Of a DNA stretch of 64,000 nucleotides, positions 49,782-62,523 are shown in pieces. How positions within the stretch are numbered: position 1 is the stretch's first letter; the number at the start of each line of letters is the position of its first letter. The DNA is from Centroscyllium fabricii. Taxonomy: Eukaryota. The notes beneath the pieces were generated by a model. It saw nothing but the letters and a program-made list of their open reading frames with translations, was not told the DNA's origin and searched no databases. The stretch is from positions 372,001 through 436,000 of the forward strand of contig JBNRSN020000065.1 in assembly GCA_051313645.2 (NCBI GenBank), in the 5' to 3' direction. Position numbers and translations under genes: made by a program.

Positions 49782-52152
49782 CCAAAGGCGGCAGGAAACA
49801 CCTGTAGATGGTGAAACCGCGCGGGGCCGCGTCCTGTTGGGTTTATTTTACAGAGCGAACGTGCGTCTGACAAGAAGAGGAGAGGGTTTAGATTTAAAGT
49901 GACAGTTTAGATATCGAGGCACTGGAGACAGTGCAATGAATGTTTAACGACGATGATAGCAGCACTGAGAGGATATATCTATCAGGAAAGGCTGAAGAGG
50001 CTGGGGGTCCTTTTATTATCACAGAGAAGACCAGGAGGTGACCTGCTAGAAGCCTTTAAAAATATGAAGGAGATTCAGTTTACATCTAGTAATAATTGCT
50101 GCCCCTTGTTTAAGACAGGGTTTAAGAAATCCAAAGGGAAGTCAGGAAAAACACCTTTACATAGAGAGTGGAGATAATTCGGAAATCACTATCACAGCGT
50201 GTGTTTGAGGCGTAGAGCATATGTGAATTTTAGAGGTAGCTGAATAATTGCATGACAGAGAAAGGAATAAAAGGTGATGTTGATAGGACACAACATCCAT
50301 CCTTACTGGGGTGAAGTGTTGAGCACATTCAGTTAGCAGAGGGGAAGGATCTAAACAGGTGAAACTGCTTCTGACCAAAACAAATAAAATTATCAAATGC
50401 AAATAAGAAAGAAAGATAGATAGATAGACAGAATGAAGGAAAGAAAGGGAGAAAGAATGCAACGAAGAAAGAAAGAAAACAAGAAAGGTACAAGGAAAGT
50501 AGAAAACATATTCGATTCTTGTACACCAGCAATGTGCTTCCTGTCTCCACAGGGGTAATAGAGGGCCCTCCTGGACCAGGATACCCACCAGTGCCTGTAA
50601 CATGGTTTAATCGGAACAGGCGGAGGCAATTCAACCACCTCGAGCCATTCCGCAATTCAACCAGATCATGGTTGATCTGTACTTTAACTCAGTTTACCCA
50701 CGATGAACATAAGAGCATTAGAAATAGTAAATGGAGTAGGCCATTCAGCCCTTCGAGCCTGCCCCTGCATTCACTGAGATCACGGCTGATGTCCTACCCC
50801 AACTCCGTATCCCGTCTTATCTCCATACCCCTTAATTCCCTTACAATCCAAAAATCTATCGGTCTCTTTTTTGAATAGATTCAACGACTGAACCTTCAAA
50901 CCCCTCTGAGGTAGAGAATTGCAAAGATTTACCGCCCTCTGAGTGAAGAACTTTCTCCTCTTCTCAGTCCGAAATGGCCGACCGCTTCTTCTGAGACTAG
51001 GACCGCTAGTTTTAGACTCTCCAGTCAGGGGAACGTCCTGTCAGCATCCACCCTGTCAAAACTCCTAATGATTTACGTGTTTCCATGAGATCACCCATCG
51101 TTCTTTCAATTCTAGGGAATATAGGCCGTGTCTGTTCAATCTCTCCTCATAGGACAATCCCCCATCTCAGGAATCGGTTTAGCGAATCTTCGTTGCACTC
51201 CCTCTAAGGCAAACACATCCTTCCTTAGGTAAGGAGACAGAAACTGTACACAGGAATCAAGGTGTGGTCTCACCAAGTCGCTATATAATTGCAGTAAGCC
51301 TTCTTTACTCTTATACTGCAATCATTTAGTAATAAAGGCCAACATACCATTTATTTCCTAATTGCTTCCTGTACCTGCATGTTAACTTGCTGTGATTTGT
51401 GTACCAGGACTCCCAGGTCCCTCTGAACACCAAGATTTCCCAATCGCTCACCATTTAAAAAACACTCTGCCTTTCTATTTTCCTACCAAAGTGGTTGAAT
51501 CGACTTTATGTTCCATCTTCCAGGATCTTGCCCACTTACTCACCCTGTCTATAGCGATTTGTAGCCTCTTTGCGTTCCCCTCAAAAGTTACTTTGGCACA
51601 GAGACTTGCATCGTCAGCAATCTTCGATATATTACACTGAGCCCCGCCACTTAAGTCATTGATTAAGATTGTAAATAGAGGTGGCCCAAGCATTGATCCT
51701 TGTGGTACCCCAATGATTACAGTCTGTTAACACGAAGATGACGCATTTTATTGCTACTGTTGGTTCCATAACGCTTGACACCCTTACTTAACAATAATCT
51801 GTCCATGTATATATTGAAACCTCCTGTTGATCTGCAGCTTCAACAATAATTTGGGAGGGAGAAGTCCAGAATTCCCGAAGTACTCCAGTTGGAATCTGAC
51901 CAGAGGGTTATACACCTGGAGGATAACTTCCTCCGCACTTTGAGATAGAAGCCAGCATTCCTTTAGGCTTCCACTGTTCCTGGCTGACCGCCAGATGGAC
52001 AATATTCCGATCCCTCATACTTAGGTGTACAGGGGTTGGTCTGACGCGTGCCCACATTAAACTCCATTTCCCAGTGCCAATGCTTTGCTCGGAAACGGAA
52101 TCTTTCTCTGCCCACACAGCAACACGGAGCTCCTATCCACTCTGCGTATTGG

Positions 52153-53048
52153 CTGTCAAGAGGGAGAGGCCGGGCTGTCAATCAGAGAGGGAGAGCGGGG
52201 CTGTCAATCAGAGAGAGAGGGGCGGGTCTGTCAATCAGTGTGGGGGCGAGACTGTCAATCAGAGGGAGAGGGGCGGGTCTGTCAATCAGAAAGGGAGGGG
52301 CGGGACTGCCAATCAGAGAGGGAGAGGCAGGTTTGATAATCAGAGAGGGAGGGGCTGGGCTGTCAATCAGAGAAGGAGGGGCGGGACTGTCAATCAGAGA
52401 GGGAGGGGCGGGACTGTCAATCAGAGAGGGAGGGGCAGGACTGTCAATCAGAGAAGGAGGGGCGGGACTGTCAATCAGCGAGGGAGGGGCAGCGCTGTCA
52501 ATCAGAGAGCGAGGGGTGGAGCTGTCAATCAGAGAGGGAGGGGCGGGGCTGTCAATCAGAGAGCGAGGGGCGGGGCTGTCAATCAGAGAGGGAGGGGCGG
52601 GGCTGTAAATCAGCGAGGGAGGGGCAGCGCTGTCAATCAGAGAGCGAGGGGCGGGGCTGTCAATCAGAGAGGGAGGGGCGGGGCTGTCAATCAGAGAGGG
52701 AGGAGCGGGACTGTCAATCAGAGAGGGAGGGGCAGCGCTGTCAATCAGAGAGGGAGTGGCGGGGCTGTCAATCAGAGAGGGAGGGGCGGGGCTGTCAATC
52801 AGAGAGGGAGGGGCGGGACTGTCAATCAGAGAGGGAGGGGCAGCGCTGTCAATCAGAGAGGGAGGGGCGTGGATGTCAATGAGAGTGGGAGGGGCGGGGC
52901 TGTCAATCAGAGAGGGAGGGGCGGGACTGTCAATCAGAGAGGGAGGGGCAGCGCTGTCAATCAGAGAGGGAGTGGCGGGACTGTCAATCAGAGAAGGAGG
53001 GGAGAGGCTGACAATCGGGGAGGGGGTGTGGCGGGACTGTCAATCAGA
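52153..53048 (+). repeat. Large 27-bp minisatellite (about 33 units), duplicate of 26901-27823
   Basis: Same unit; no V gene immediately downstream. Confidence 0.95.
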
Positions 53049-54126
53049 TAGAAAGAAGGAAAGAAAGAAAGAATGTGTTGCCATTCAGGGCAAAGCCAGG
53101 ATTTATCGCGCATCCCTAATTGCCCTTGAGATGGTGGCAATGCCACACCTGTTGATCCGTTGCAGTAGGTAATCCCACAGTAAGTCTAATTCTTTGTGGT
53201 TATTTAGTCCATTTCAGGGGGCAGTTAAAGTGCCACTCCAATTGCTGTGGGTTTGGATTCCCAAATGGGCCAGACAATTTCCTTCTTTAAGGAACATTAT
53301 TGAATCAAATTTGTTTTGCAACACTCTCTTAGTTTCATTGTCACCATACTCGCATTTTATACCAGATTTATTTTAACTGAACTTAAATTGACACCTGGGT
53401 TTTAAACACAAGTCTCGAGATCATTAGTCCAGGCATTCTGCATTGCTAGTCATATAGCATTGCCAGTACGCTACCGTACCCGGAATAGCAACACGCATTG
53501 GTCATTCAGCCCTACGAGTCTGCGCCGCCATTCAATATGATCGTGCTTGATCTTGGACCCCAACTCCATATGCCGCCCTATCCCCATATCTCTTGATTCC
53601 CATAATATCCCAAATCTACCGATCTCTGTTTTGATTATACTCAAGGACTGAGCGTCCACGGCCCTCTGGGCTGGTGAATTCTAAAGATTCACAGCCCTTT
53701 CAAATTTCTACTTCTCTCAGTCCGGAATGGTCAACACCTTATTCTGAGACTGTGACCCCTGGTTCTAGACTCGCCGAGCCAGGGGAAACATCCTGTCAAA
53801 CCTCCTAAGAATTTTCGCGTTTCAATCGGATCACCCGTCATTCTTCTAAATTTTCGGAAATATAGGCCTGGTCTACTCAATATCTCCTCATAGGACAATC
53901 CGCTGATCCCAGGAACCAGTCTAGTGAGCCTCCGTTGCATTCACTCTAATGCAAGAGTTTCTTTCATTAGTTAAGGAGAAGAAAACTGTAAACAGGAATC
54001 CAGCTGTGGTCTCACCAAGGCCCTATATAATTGCAGTAAGACTTATTTACTCTTATACTGAACCCAACATTCCATTGTCCTCTGATTGACCCCATTGCAA
54101 CATTCAGCACCCGTCTGCACTAATTA

Positions 54127-54398
54127 GTGTCAATCAGAGAGGGAGTAGCTGGTCTGCCAATCAGAGAGGGAGTAGCTGGTCTGCCAATCAGAGAGGGAGT
54201 AGCTGGCCTGCCAATCATAGAGGGAGTCGCTGGTCTGCCAATCAGAGAGGGAGTATCTGGTCTGCCAATCAGAGAGAGAGAGGCGGAACTGTCAATCAGA
54301 GAGGGAGGGGCGGGGCTGTAAATCAGAGAGGGAGGGGCTGGGCTGTCAATCAGAGAGGATGGGGCTGGAATGTCAATCAGAGAGGGAGGGACTGGACT
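54127..54398 (+). repeat. 27-bp promoter minisatellite (10 units) upstream of V14
   Basis: Same unit. Confidence 0.92.
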
Positions 54399-54533
54399 TT
54401 CCAATACCACGTCACTTGCTTGTGCTCATCATGTTTTGCTCAATGATTTGAAAAGTGCGGTTTGGATCGTCAGAAAACACAATTCACCTGTTCTCGCTCC
54501 TTTCATTCTTGTAGGAAATTCTTCCAGTAAAAG

Positions 54534-55101
54534 ATGGATCTGTTACTGAGTCTAATGATCTTGTTTCATTGTAAGGAACTATTTCAAATATTAACTGTTG
54601 TTAATNNNNNNNNNNNNNNNNNNNNNNNNNNNNNNNNNNNNNNNNNNNNNNNNNNNNNNNNNNNNNNNNNNNNNNNNNNNNNNNNNNNNNNNNNNNNNNN
54701 NNNNNNNNNNNNNNNNNNNNNNNNNNNNNNNNNNNTTTTTCCTGCTGCATTTCCCCGAATGGCTCTGTTTACTGACCTCCTTCTCTCTCCCTGTCTCTTT
54801 CCCAGACGTGAGCTCGCAGACTATCTGCCAGACTCCCGCCGCGGTCTCCAGATATCCCGGGGTTGGGATAGAACTGAAGTGCGATGTGAAGGGCACCAGT
54901 AACCCGAATATGTTCTGGTACAGACAACACCCAGGGCAGGAGCCGCAGTTTATGTTTTACTCCATCGGTACCAATGCCGTGAGTCCAGAGGGGCCGGTGG
55001 ATGGTTTTACCGCCGAGCGACCGAATGACAACGCGTTCAACCTGAATTCCTCCAGCCTGCGGGCGGATCACTCGGCCGTGTATTACTGCGCCTGGAGTCT
55101 G
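54534..55101 (+). CDS. TRBV: TRBV30-like V segment V14 (duplicate of V8); leader 54534-54570, V exon 54806-55101; intron contains an N-gap
   Basis: Open frame with an extra FR1 Cys (SQTICQTP); Ns at 54606-54735. Confidence 0.9.
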
Positions 55102-55140
55102 CACAGTGACTCAGAGAGATGGAGGAGCTCAACAAAAACC
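55102..55140 (+). other. 23-RSS of V14
   Basis: CACAGTG, 23 nt, ACAAAAACC. Confidence 0.97.
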
Positions 55141-56834
55141 CCAAAGGCGGCAGGAAACACCTGTGGATGGTGAAACCGCGCGGGGCCGCGTCATTTTGGG
55201 TTTTATTTACAGAGCGAATGTGATTTTGACAAGAAGAGATGTGACAGTATAAGATTGAGTGATTAGATATAGAGGTACTGGAGGAGGTGAAAATAAATAT
55301 TTACAATGATGACACCAGAACTGAGAGGCTGTAACTGTCATGAAAGGCTGGACGGGTTATGGCTCCTTTCTCTACAGAAGATAATACCGAGGGATGTCCT
55401 GATAGAGTTCTTTATAATTATGACAGATTTTCCATAGAGCAGACGCAGAGAAGATATTAACATTTTTGTGGAAGATCAAAACTAGTGGCCTTATATATGA
55501 GATAATCACCAATAACTCCAGTAGGAGATGCACCAGACTCGTTCTTACCCAGAGATGCGGAACTCGCTACCACAGGGAGTAGTTGAGGTGAAAATCACAG
55601 ATACAGTGAAGGGAAAGCGGGATAAGCACCGGAGGGAGAGAGGGATAGAAGGGAATGCTGATCGTGTCCAATATCAACCCATCCTGTGCTGAATTACTGA
55701 GCACATTCCGTCAGCAGATACCAGCACATTCCGCGGGAGGTGAAACTGGTTCAGACCCCGAAACAAATAAAATATTAACAAATACAAAAACGAAATATAG
55801 ATAGAAATAATGAATGAATGAAAGAAAGTATAATGATTGTTGGATTTTTTCCACTGATGATGTGTTGTCTTTGTTCACTGGCCCGGTGTTTTCTTTCTCC
55901 ACAGGGACAGCAGAGCGCGCTCTAGGACCATGAACCCCACCAGTTCCTGGAACATGGTTTTGTCGGAGCAGGAGGATGCCATTCAGCCCCTCGAGCCGCT
56001 CCGCCATTCAATCAGATCATGGCTGATCTGAAACTTAACTCAATTTACCCACATTTGTTCGCTAACTCTTCACACCCTTAGATAATGGAAATCGAAGTTT
56101 TGAAATCTCCCGTTGAACTCTGGCCTCAACTGCAATTTGGGCGAATGATTTGCGGTTTTTCATTATCCTTTGTGTCAAGAGGTGACTCCAGATCTGACCC
56201 TTGATCGGATTCGCTTTAATGCTCAACTGATGCCCGCTAGCTCCGGACTGCCCCTCGCCAGAGGGGATACCTTCTCTCTATCTACAGTCTCCAATGGCTT
56301 TTCCAGTTACAACACCTCAGTAGCATCACTGCTCAATCTTCTATACTCAATGGAATACAAGCCTAGTCTATGTAATCTCTGCTCATAATAACCTCACTAA
56401 GCCCCGGTATCATTCTGGTAAATCCGCATTGCACACCCACCAAGGCCAATATATCCTTCCTGAAGTGTGTTGCTCAGAACTGAACGTCCTGTTCCAGATG
56501 GAGCCTGACCAGACTCTGTACAACTGAAGCATAACTTTCTCTCCTCTGTATTCCAGCACCCAGCAGATAAAGGCCAATATTTCATTAGACGTTTTGGTTT
56601 TTGTACCTGTCCACTGGCCGAGAGTGATTTGTGTAGCTTGACATCTAAATCACTTTGCACCTCCACAGTTCTCAGCTTTTCACCATTTAGAATATATTCT
56701 GATCTCTCTTTCTTAGGTTGGCAGCGGATGATCTCACACTTGCCCACATTAAGCTCCATCAACCTCTGTTTTGCTCATTCATTTAAATTGTTTGTGTCCC
56801 CTTTGCATCACTCATCTCCCGTCTGCACTAATTA

Positions 56835-57136
56835 CTGCCAATCAGAGAGGGAGTAGCTGGGCTGCCAATCAGAGAGGGAGTAGCTGGGCTGCCAATCAGA
56901 GAGGGAGTAGCTGGGCTGCCAATCAGAGAGGGAGTAGCTGGGGTGTCAATCAGAGAGGGAGTATCTGGACTGCCAATCAGAGAGAGAGAGGCGGGACTGC
57001 CAATCAGAGAGGGAGGGGCTGGGCTGTCAATCAGAGAGGGAGGGGCTGGGCTGTCAATCAGAGAGGGAGGGGCGGGGCTGTCAATCAGAGAGGGAGGGGC
57101 TGGGCTGTCAATCAGAGAGGGAGGGACGGGGCTGTA
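56835..57136 (+). repeat. 27-bp promoter minisatellite (11 units) upstream of V15
   Basis: Same unit; one more copy than its duplicate upstream of V9. Confidence 0.92.
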
Positions 57137-57267
57137 CAAACCTCCATCACTTCCTCACGTTCTTCATGTGTTCCTCAGTGATTTGAATAGTGCAGTTTGG
57201 ATCCTCACAAGACACAACGCTCCTATTGTCACTCCCTTAATTATTAAGAGAAAAGCTCCAGTAAAAT

Positions 57268-57764
57268 ATGTGTCTGCTCCTAGGCCTGATGATGTTGTTT
57301 CACCGTAAGGGACACTTTCAAAAATTAATTCTTGTTAATAGTTTTTCTTTACATCTTCTATCTATCTTTCTTTCTTTCTTTCTCTATTTCTTTCTTTCTT
57401 TCTTCCTTACTCCATTGCCACGAATGCTCCTGTTTACTGACCTCCACCTCTGCCTGTCTTTTTCCCAGACGTGAACTCGCAGACCATCCGCCAGACTCCC
57501 GCCGCTGTCTCCAAATTTCCTATGGATGAAGTGGAACTGAAGTGCACTGTGGAGGGAGCAAGTATCCCTTACATGTACTGGTACAGGCAATACCCGGGAA
57601 GGGAGCCGCAGTTGGTGTTTATCTCCCCAACTGTACAAAGTGTGACTGCAGAGGGGCCGGTGGACGGTTTTACTGCCGAGCGACCGAATGGCAACGAGTT
57701 CAACCTGAAGTCCTCCAGCCTGCGGGTGGATCAGTCGGTCGTGTATTACTGCGCCTGGAGTCTG
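57268..57764 (+). CDS. TRBV: TRBV30-like V segment V15 (duplicate of V9); leader 57268-57304, V exon 57469-57764
   Basis: Leader MCLLLGLMMLFH; V protein identical to V9. Confidence 0.9.
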
Positions 57765-57803
57765 CACAGTGACTCAGAGAGATGGAGGAGCTCAACACAA
57801 ACC
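57765..57803 (+). other. 23-RSS of V15
   Basis: CACAGTG, 23 nt, ACACAAACC. Confidence 0.93.
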
Positions 57804-60088
57804 CCAAAGGCGGCAGGAAGCACCTGTATACGCAGAAACCGCGCGTTGCTTTCTCCCGCTGTGTTGTGTTTTACAGAGCGAACGTGTTTCTGAGACGCGT
57901 TAGAAGAGAAATGGGAGAGTAGATATAAAGGCACCGGAGAAGGTGCAAAGAAAGATTAAGTGAGATATTGTGTAGAATGACAGAATGGAAAGTAGATAGA
58001 GATAAAAAAAAAGGAATAGATATCAAGAACAAAACAGTGAGGGAAAGAAAGAGAGAACGAGAGAAGGACAATAAGAATGACAGAACGAAGAATAGAACGA
58101 GAGAAAGACGGACATAAAGCAGAGAATCTGTTGATTTTACACACTGACAAAGTGTTTTCATTCTCCGCGGGGATAGCAGAAGGCGCTCTTGGAACAGGAA
58201 ACACAGTTTATTGAATGTTTGTCACCGGGACACCTGCCTCATGTCGGCGCTTTCAGCATCTGTTGACAACTGTTTAGCCGCTTCTCTATCAGACTCCAGG
58301 GGACATTTGCTGTGTTTTTCAAAGAAGCTGCGTATTCAGCCCAGCAAAGATTTACCCCTTGAATTCTCGTTCAGCGCACAGGAACTGAAACCTCCACTGC
58401 CTGAAACAGGAGAGCATTTTCTCCCAACAATGTTGCGCGTCTTACAGAAGCCTAGAATCGGCCAGCTCAGAAGGATGCCATTCGGCCCATCGAGTCTGTG
58501 CCGCCTCTTTGAAAGATTTACCCAAAGAGTCCCCAACGGCCTTAACCCACCCTCTTCGATAACACCCATCAACTTGTCCATCTACCCCTTCCTCCCTCAC
58601 TTATCTAACTTCCGCTCAAATTTATTTATGCTCCTTCGCTCAACCACTCCATGTGGTATCAAGCTCTACATTACAAGCACACTTTGGGTGGAGATATTAT
58701 TCCTGAATTCTGTTATATATTTATTAGTGCTTATCTTATATTTGTGAGCCCTTGTTTTGATCGCTCCTATAAATGTAGTCTCACTAACCTGCTCATTCAC
58801 CATAGCCCATGTTTGTTTTCATTATTTTTCAAGTATTTATCCAATTCCCTTTTGTAAGTTATTATTGAATCTGCTTACACTGCCCCTTCAGGCAATGCAT
58901 TCCACATTATAAGAACTCTCGGCATAATAAAATGTATGTTTCCTCATCTCCCGCTGGTTCTTTTGCCAATTATAGACTAAGAGAGTGGGCATTAAATTGG
59001 CAGATGGAGAATAGTGTAGTGAAATGTAAGGTTATTCACTTTGGTAGGAAGAATAGAAAAACAGAATAATTTTTAAATGGTGAGAAACATTCAAATGTTA
59101 GCGTTCAGAGGGATTTGGGTATCCTCATGCAAGTAACAGCGAAAGCGAGCATGCAGGTGCAGCAAGCAATAAGCAAGGGAAATGGCATTGAAAAGGTTTT
59201 GGAGTATAAAATAAGGAAGTCTTGCTACAATTGGGCAGGGCCTTGGTGAGATCACACCTGGAGTACTGTGCACAGTTTTGTTCTCCTTTTCTAAGGCTTA
59301 TCTAAGCGCGGCAACGAAGGATCATTAGATTGATTTCTGGGATGAGAGATTGTGTAGAATGGGTCTATACTCTCTGGAGTTTCGAAGAATGAGAGATGAA
59401 CTAATTGAAACAAAACCAATACTGAAGAGAATTCACAGGGTAGATGCAGAAAGGTTGTTTCTCCTGATTGGAGTGTGTAGAACTAGGGGGCATAGTCTCA
59501 GGATAAGGGGTAGTCAATTTGAGACTGAGCCGTGGAGGCATTTCTTCAAACAGGGAGCTGTGAATCTTTGAAATTCTCTACTCCAGAGGGCCGTGAATGC
59601 TGAGCTTTTGAGTATATTCAAGGCTGAGATAGATAGAAGTTTGGACTCTAGGGGAATCAATGAATGTGGAGATGGGGCGGGAAATTCTACTAGACGTCGA
59701 TGATCAGCCATGATCTTATTGACTGGCGGAGCAGACTCGAGGGGCCTATGGCTTAATCCTGCTCTTATTTCTATGTTCGTATGCTCTTATCTTAAGTCTG
59801 TGTGCTCTATTTTTCTAACAACCTGTCAGTGGATATAGTTCCCCCCTATAAACTCTCTCAAAGCCCTACATGATTTTGAACACACCTATTAATTCTCTCC
59901 TTGACCTTCTGTGCTGCACGGCTCTATGACGGAATGGGATGGAGCGTGGCTTACGTAGGAAGTGACGTAAGAGTGACAATTGCAACCGGATGCTTCCTAT
60001 TTAGTCAGATCCAACAGAGAAGCTGCCTTTAAACGTGGTATTGAGCGACACCCGATCACACAGCGAGCCAGTGTCGAATGAGTAAACC

Positions 60089-61002
60089 ATGTTTCATGAA
60101 GCTCATTATCTAGCTTTGATGGTGACACTGATCCCAAGTAAGTCAAAATAACAAACCTCTGCAGAGGTCTTTGTAGAATAATATATTTAATGTCAGCTGT
60201 GGTTCAGCTGGTAGAAACCTTTGCCTCTGAATCACAGGTTTTGGTTTGCAGTCTTACTCCTGAAACTTGGGAACAAAATCAATGCTGACACACCCGAGAC
60301 CAGCACGGAGGGAGAGCTGGACTTTCAGAGGTGCCGTCTTTCAGATGAGGCCTTTAAACCAGCTCAGGTGGAGGTAAATGATCCCAGGACACTATTGGAA
60401 GGAGAGCAGCTTCCTTCTCTCCAGTGCCCTGGGTCAACATTAATCCCAAAACAAACACCAAAAATCATGATGTACTGGTCATTTATTTCAATGCAGTATG
60501 TGGGAGCTTTCTGTGCTCAAATTGACTGTCTCCTATCCTACATTACTACAAGGACGACACTTTAATCAATACTTCATTGGTTGCAAGGAGCTTTGTCATT
60601 TTCTGAGGTCGTGAATGCGCTTTGTAAATGGGATTATTTTTCTCTGTAATCTGCGCTCTGATCAATTATTGACAAAAACAAGAAACTAATCGATGTTGCA
60701 TTCGACAGGAATACTCGCCTCGTTCGTGGACCAGTCGCCTTCTGTCCTATCGATTGGAGCAGGAGAGTCGACCACGCTCAGATGCACGCTGACGAATACT
60801 GGCTATCCCAGAATGTACTGGTACAGACAACAACACGACCGGGCATTAGAAATTCTTTTCTATTCTGTTGGAGCAGGTGATGTTAGGAACTACACATCGG
60901 CGTCTTTTAAGGCCGAAAGAAGCAGCGATACGCTGTTTACTTTGGAACTGAGCACCGCCTCTCGATCTCACACCGCTGTCTATTACTGTGCTTGTAGTAT
61001 CG
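60089..61002 (+). CDS. TRBV: TCR beta-type V segment V16 (family A, near-identical to V12); leader 60089-60137, V exon 60709-61002
   Basis: Intact leader and V domain; one amino acid different from V12. Confidence 0.9.
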
Positions 61003-61041
61003 CACAGCGTTTGAGAAAGCGGCTCCCCCGATACAAAAACC
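61003..61041 (+). other. 23-RSS of V16
   Basis: CACAGCG, 23 nt, ACAAAAACC. Confidence 0.95.
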
Positions 61042-62523
61042 TGCAGCGGATGAATGGGAGATCAGTGCTCCTTTTCCGCCACCAGGTGACAGCACTATCT
61101 ACTCTTCAGTGCTTCCTTTCTGCTTCGCTCCGTCCCCTGCTCTGCTCCCCACGATCCTACTCCTCCCTGTCCTGCCCCTCGCATCCCCTAATCCCTCCTG
61201 TCCCTACTTCGTATTAAATGATTGGGGGCAAGATGGTGAGGCGCGTCGTCTGAAGTCATACGTCATCCCTGCCCTTCAACAAGTAACTGATCCGTGTATT
61301 TGTGGAAGGATCAGGAGGTGCAGAGTGAGATGGAAGTGTGTTCGCCTCATCTGAGGAAGGACGTTCTTCCCATTGAAGGATTGCAGCGAAGATTCACCAG
61401 GCTGATACCTGGGATGGCAGGAATGACGTATGGGGAGAGATTGAGTCGATTGGGCTTATACTCACTGGAGTTCAGACGATTGCGAGGGGATCTCATCGAA
61501 ACCTATAACATTCTGTCAGGCCTGGACAGACTGGGGGCAGGAATGATGTTCCCGATGGTCGGGGAGTCCAGAAGCAGGGGTCATAGTCTAAGGATAAGGG
61601 GAAAGCCATTTATGACTGAGATGAGGGTGAATTTCTTCACCCAGAGAGAGTTGAACCTGTGGAATTCTCTGCCACAGAAGGCAGTGGAGGCCGGTTCATT
61701 AAATATATTCAAGAAGGAGTTGGATATATTTCTTCAGGTTGAAGCGATCAAGGGATTTGGGGAGAAGGCAGGGACAGGGTACTGAATCTGAAAGATCAGT
61801 CAGGATCTAATTGAATGGCGGAGCAGGCTCGAAGGGCTGAATAGCCTACTCCTGCTCCTATCTTCTATGTTTCTATGCTTCTATGTCATGGGACCACTGT
61901 CTGAGTCTGGCGGTCAGCTCTGCTCAGCGCACGTTTACCTTTCAATGCAGTTTGGTTTAAAATAGAGAAAGTGAGAGATATAGAGGGAAACAGAAACAGA
62001 AGCAGAAGTTAGGAGCAGGCGTAGGCCATTCGGCCCTTCGAGCCTGCTCCGCCATTCAATGCGATCATGGCTGATCATCATGGTGAGTGAGGGAGACAGA
62101 TAGAGACAGGTTGAGAAAATGAGCGAGAGAGATAGAGAGACATTCACAGACACAGCCAGGGAGACAGACAGAGAGAAAACCATGCAGATAGAGGGAGACA
62201 CGCACAAAATCAGATAGAGAGAATTACCCGGAGAGCGAGAGAAGTATGGACAGAAAAAGAGAGGAACGGGAAAAGAGAGAGACAGAAAGACAGAGCCAGG
62301 CAGAGAAACAGAGCGAGATAGATAGAGAGACATTCACATACACAGCCAGGGAGACAGACAGAGAGATAACCATGCAGGTAGAGGCAGACACGCACCAACT
62401 CAGATAGAGGGAGTTATCCGGACAATGAGAGAAGTATGGACAGAGAAAGAGAGCAAAGGGAAGAGAGCGAGACACAGATAGAGAGAGAGAGATTAAGGGA
62501 GCGAGGTAGAACGGAAAGACATT

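Larger units (their letters stand above)
35161..60408 (+). repeat. Segmental duplication unit, copy 2
   Basis: Collinear with 10077-35160, then continues into an intact family-A gene (V16). Confidence 0.9.
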
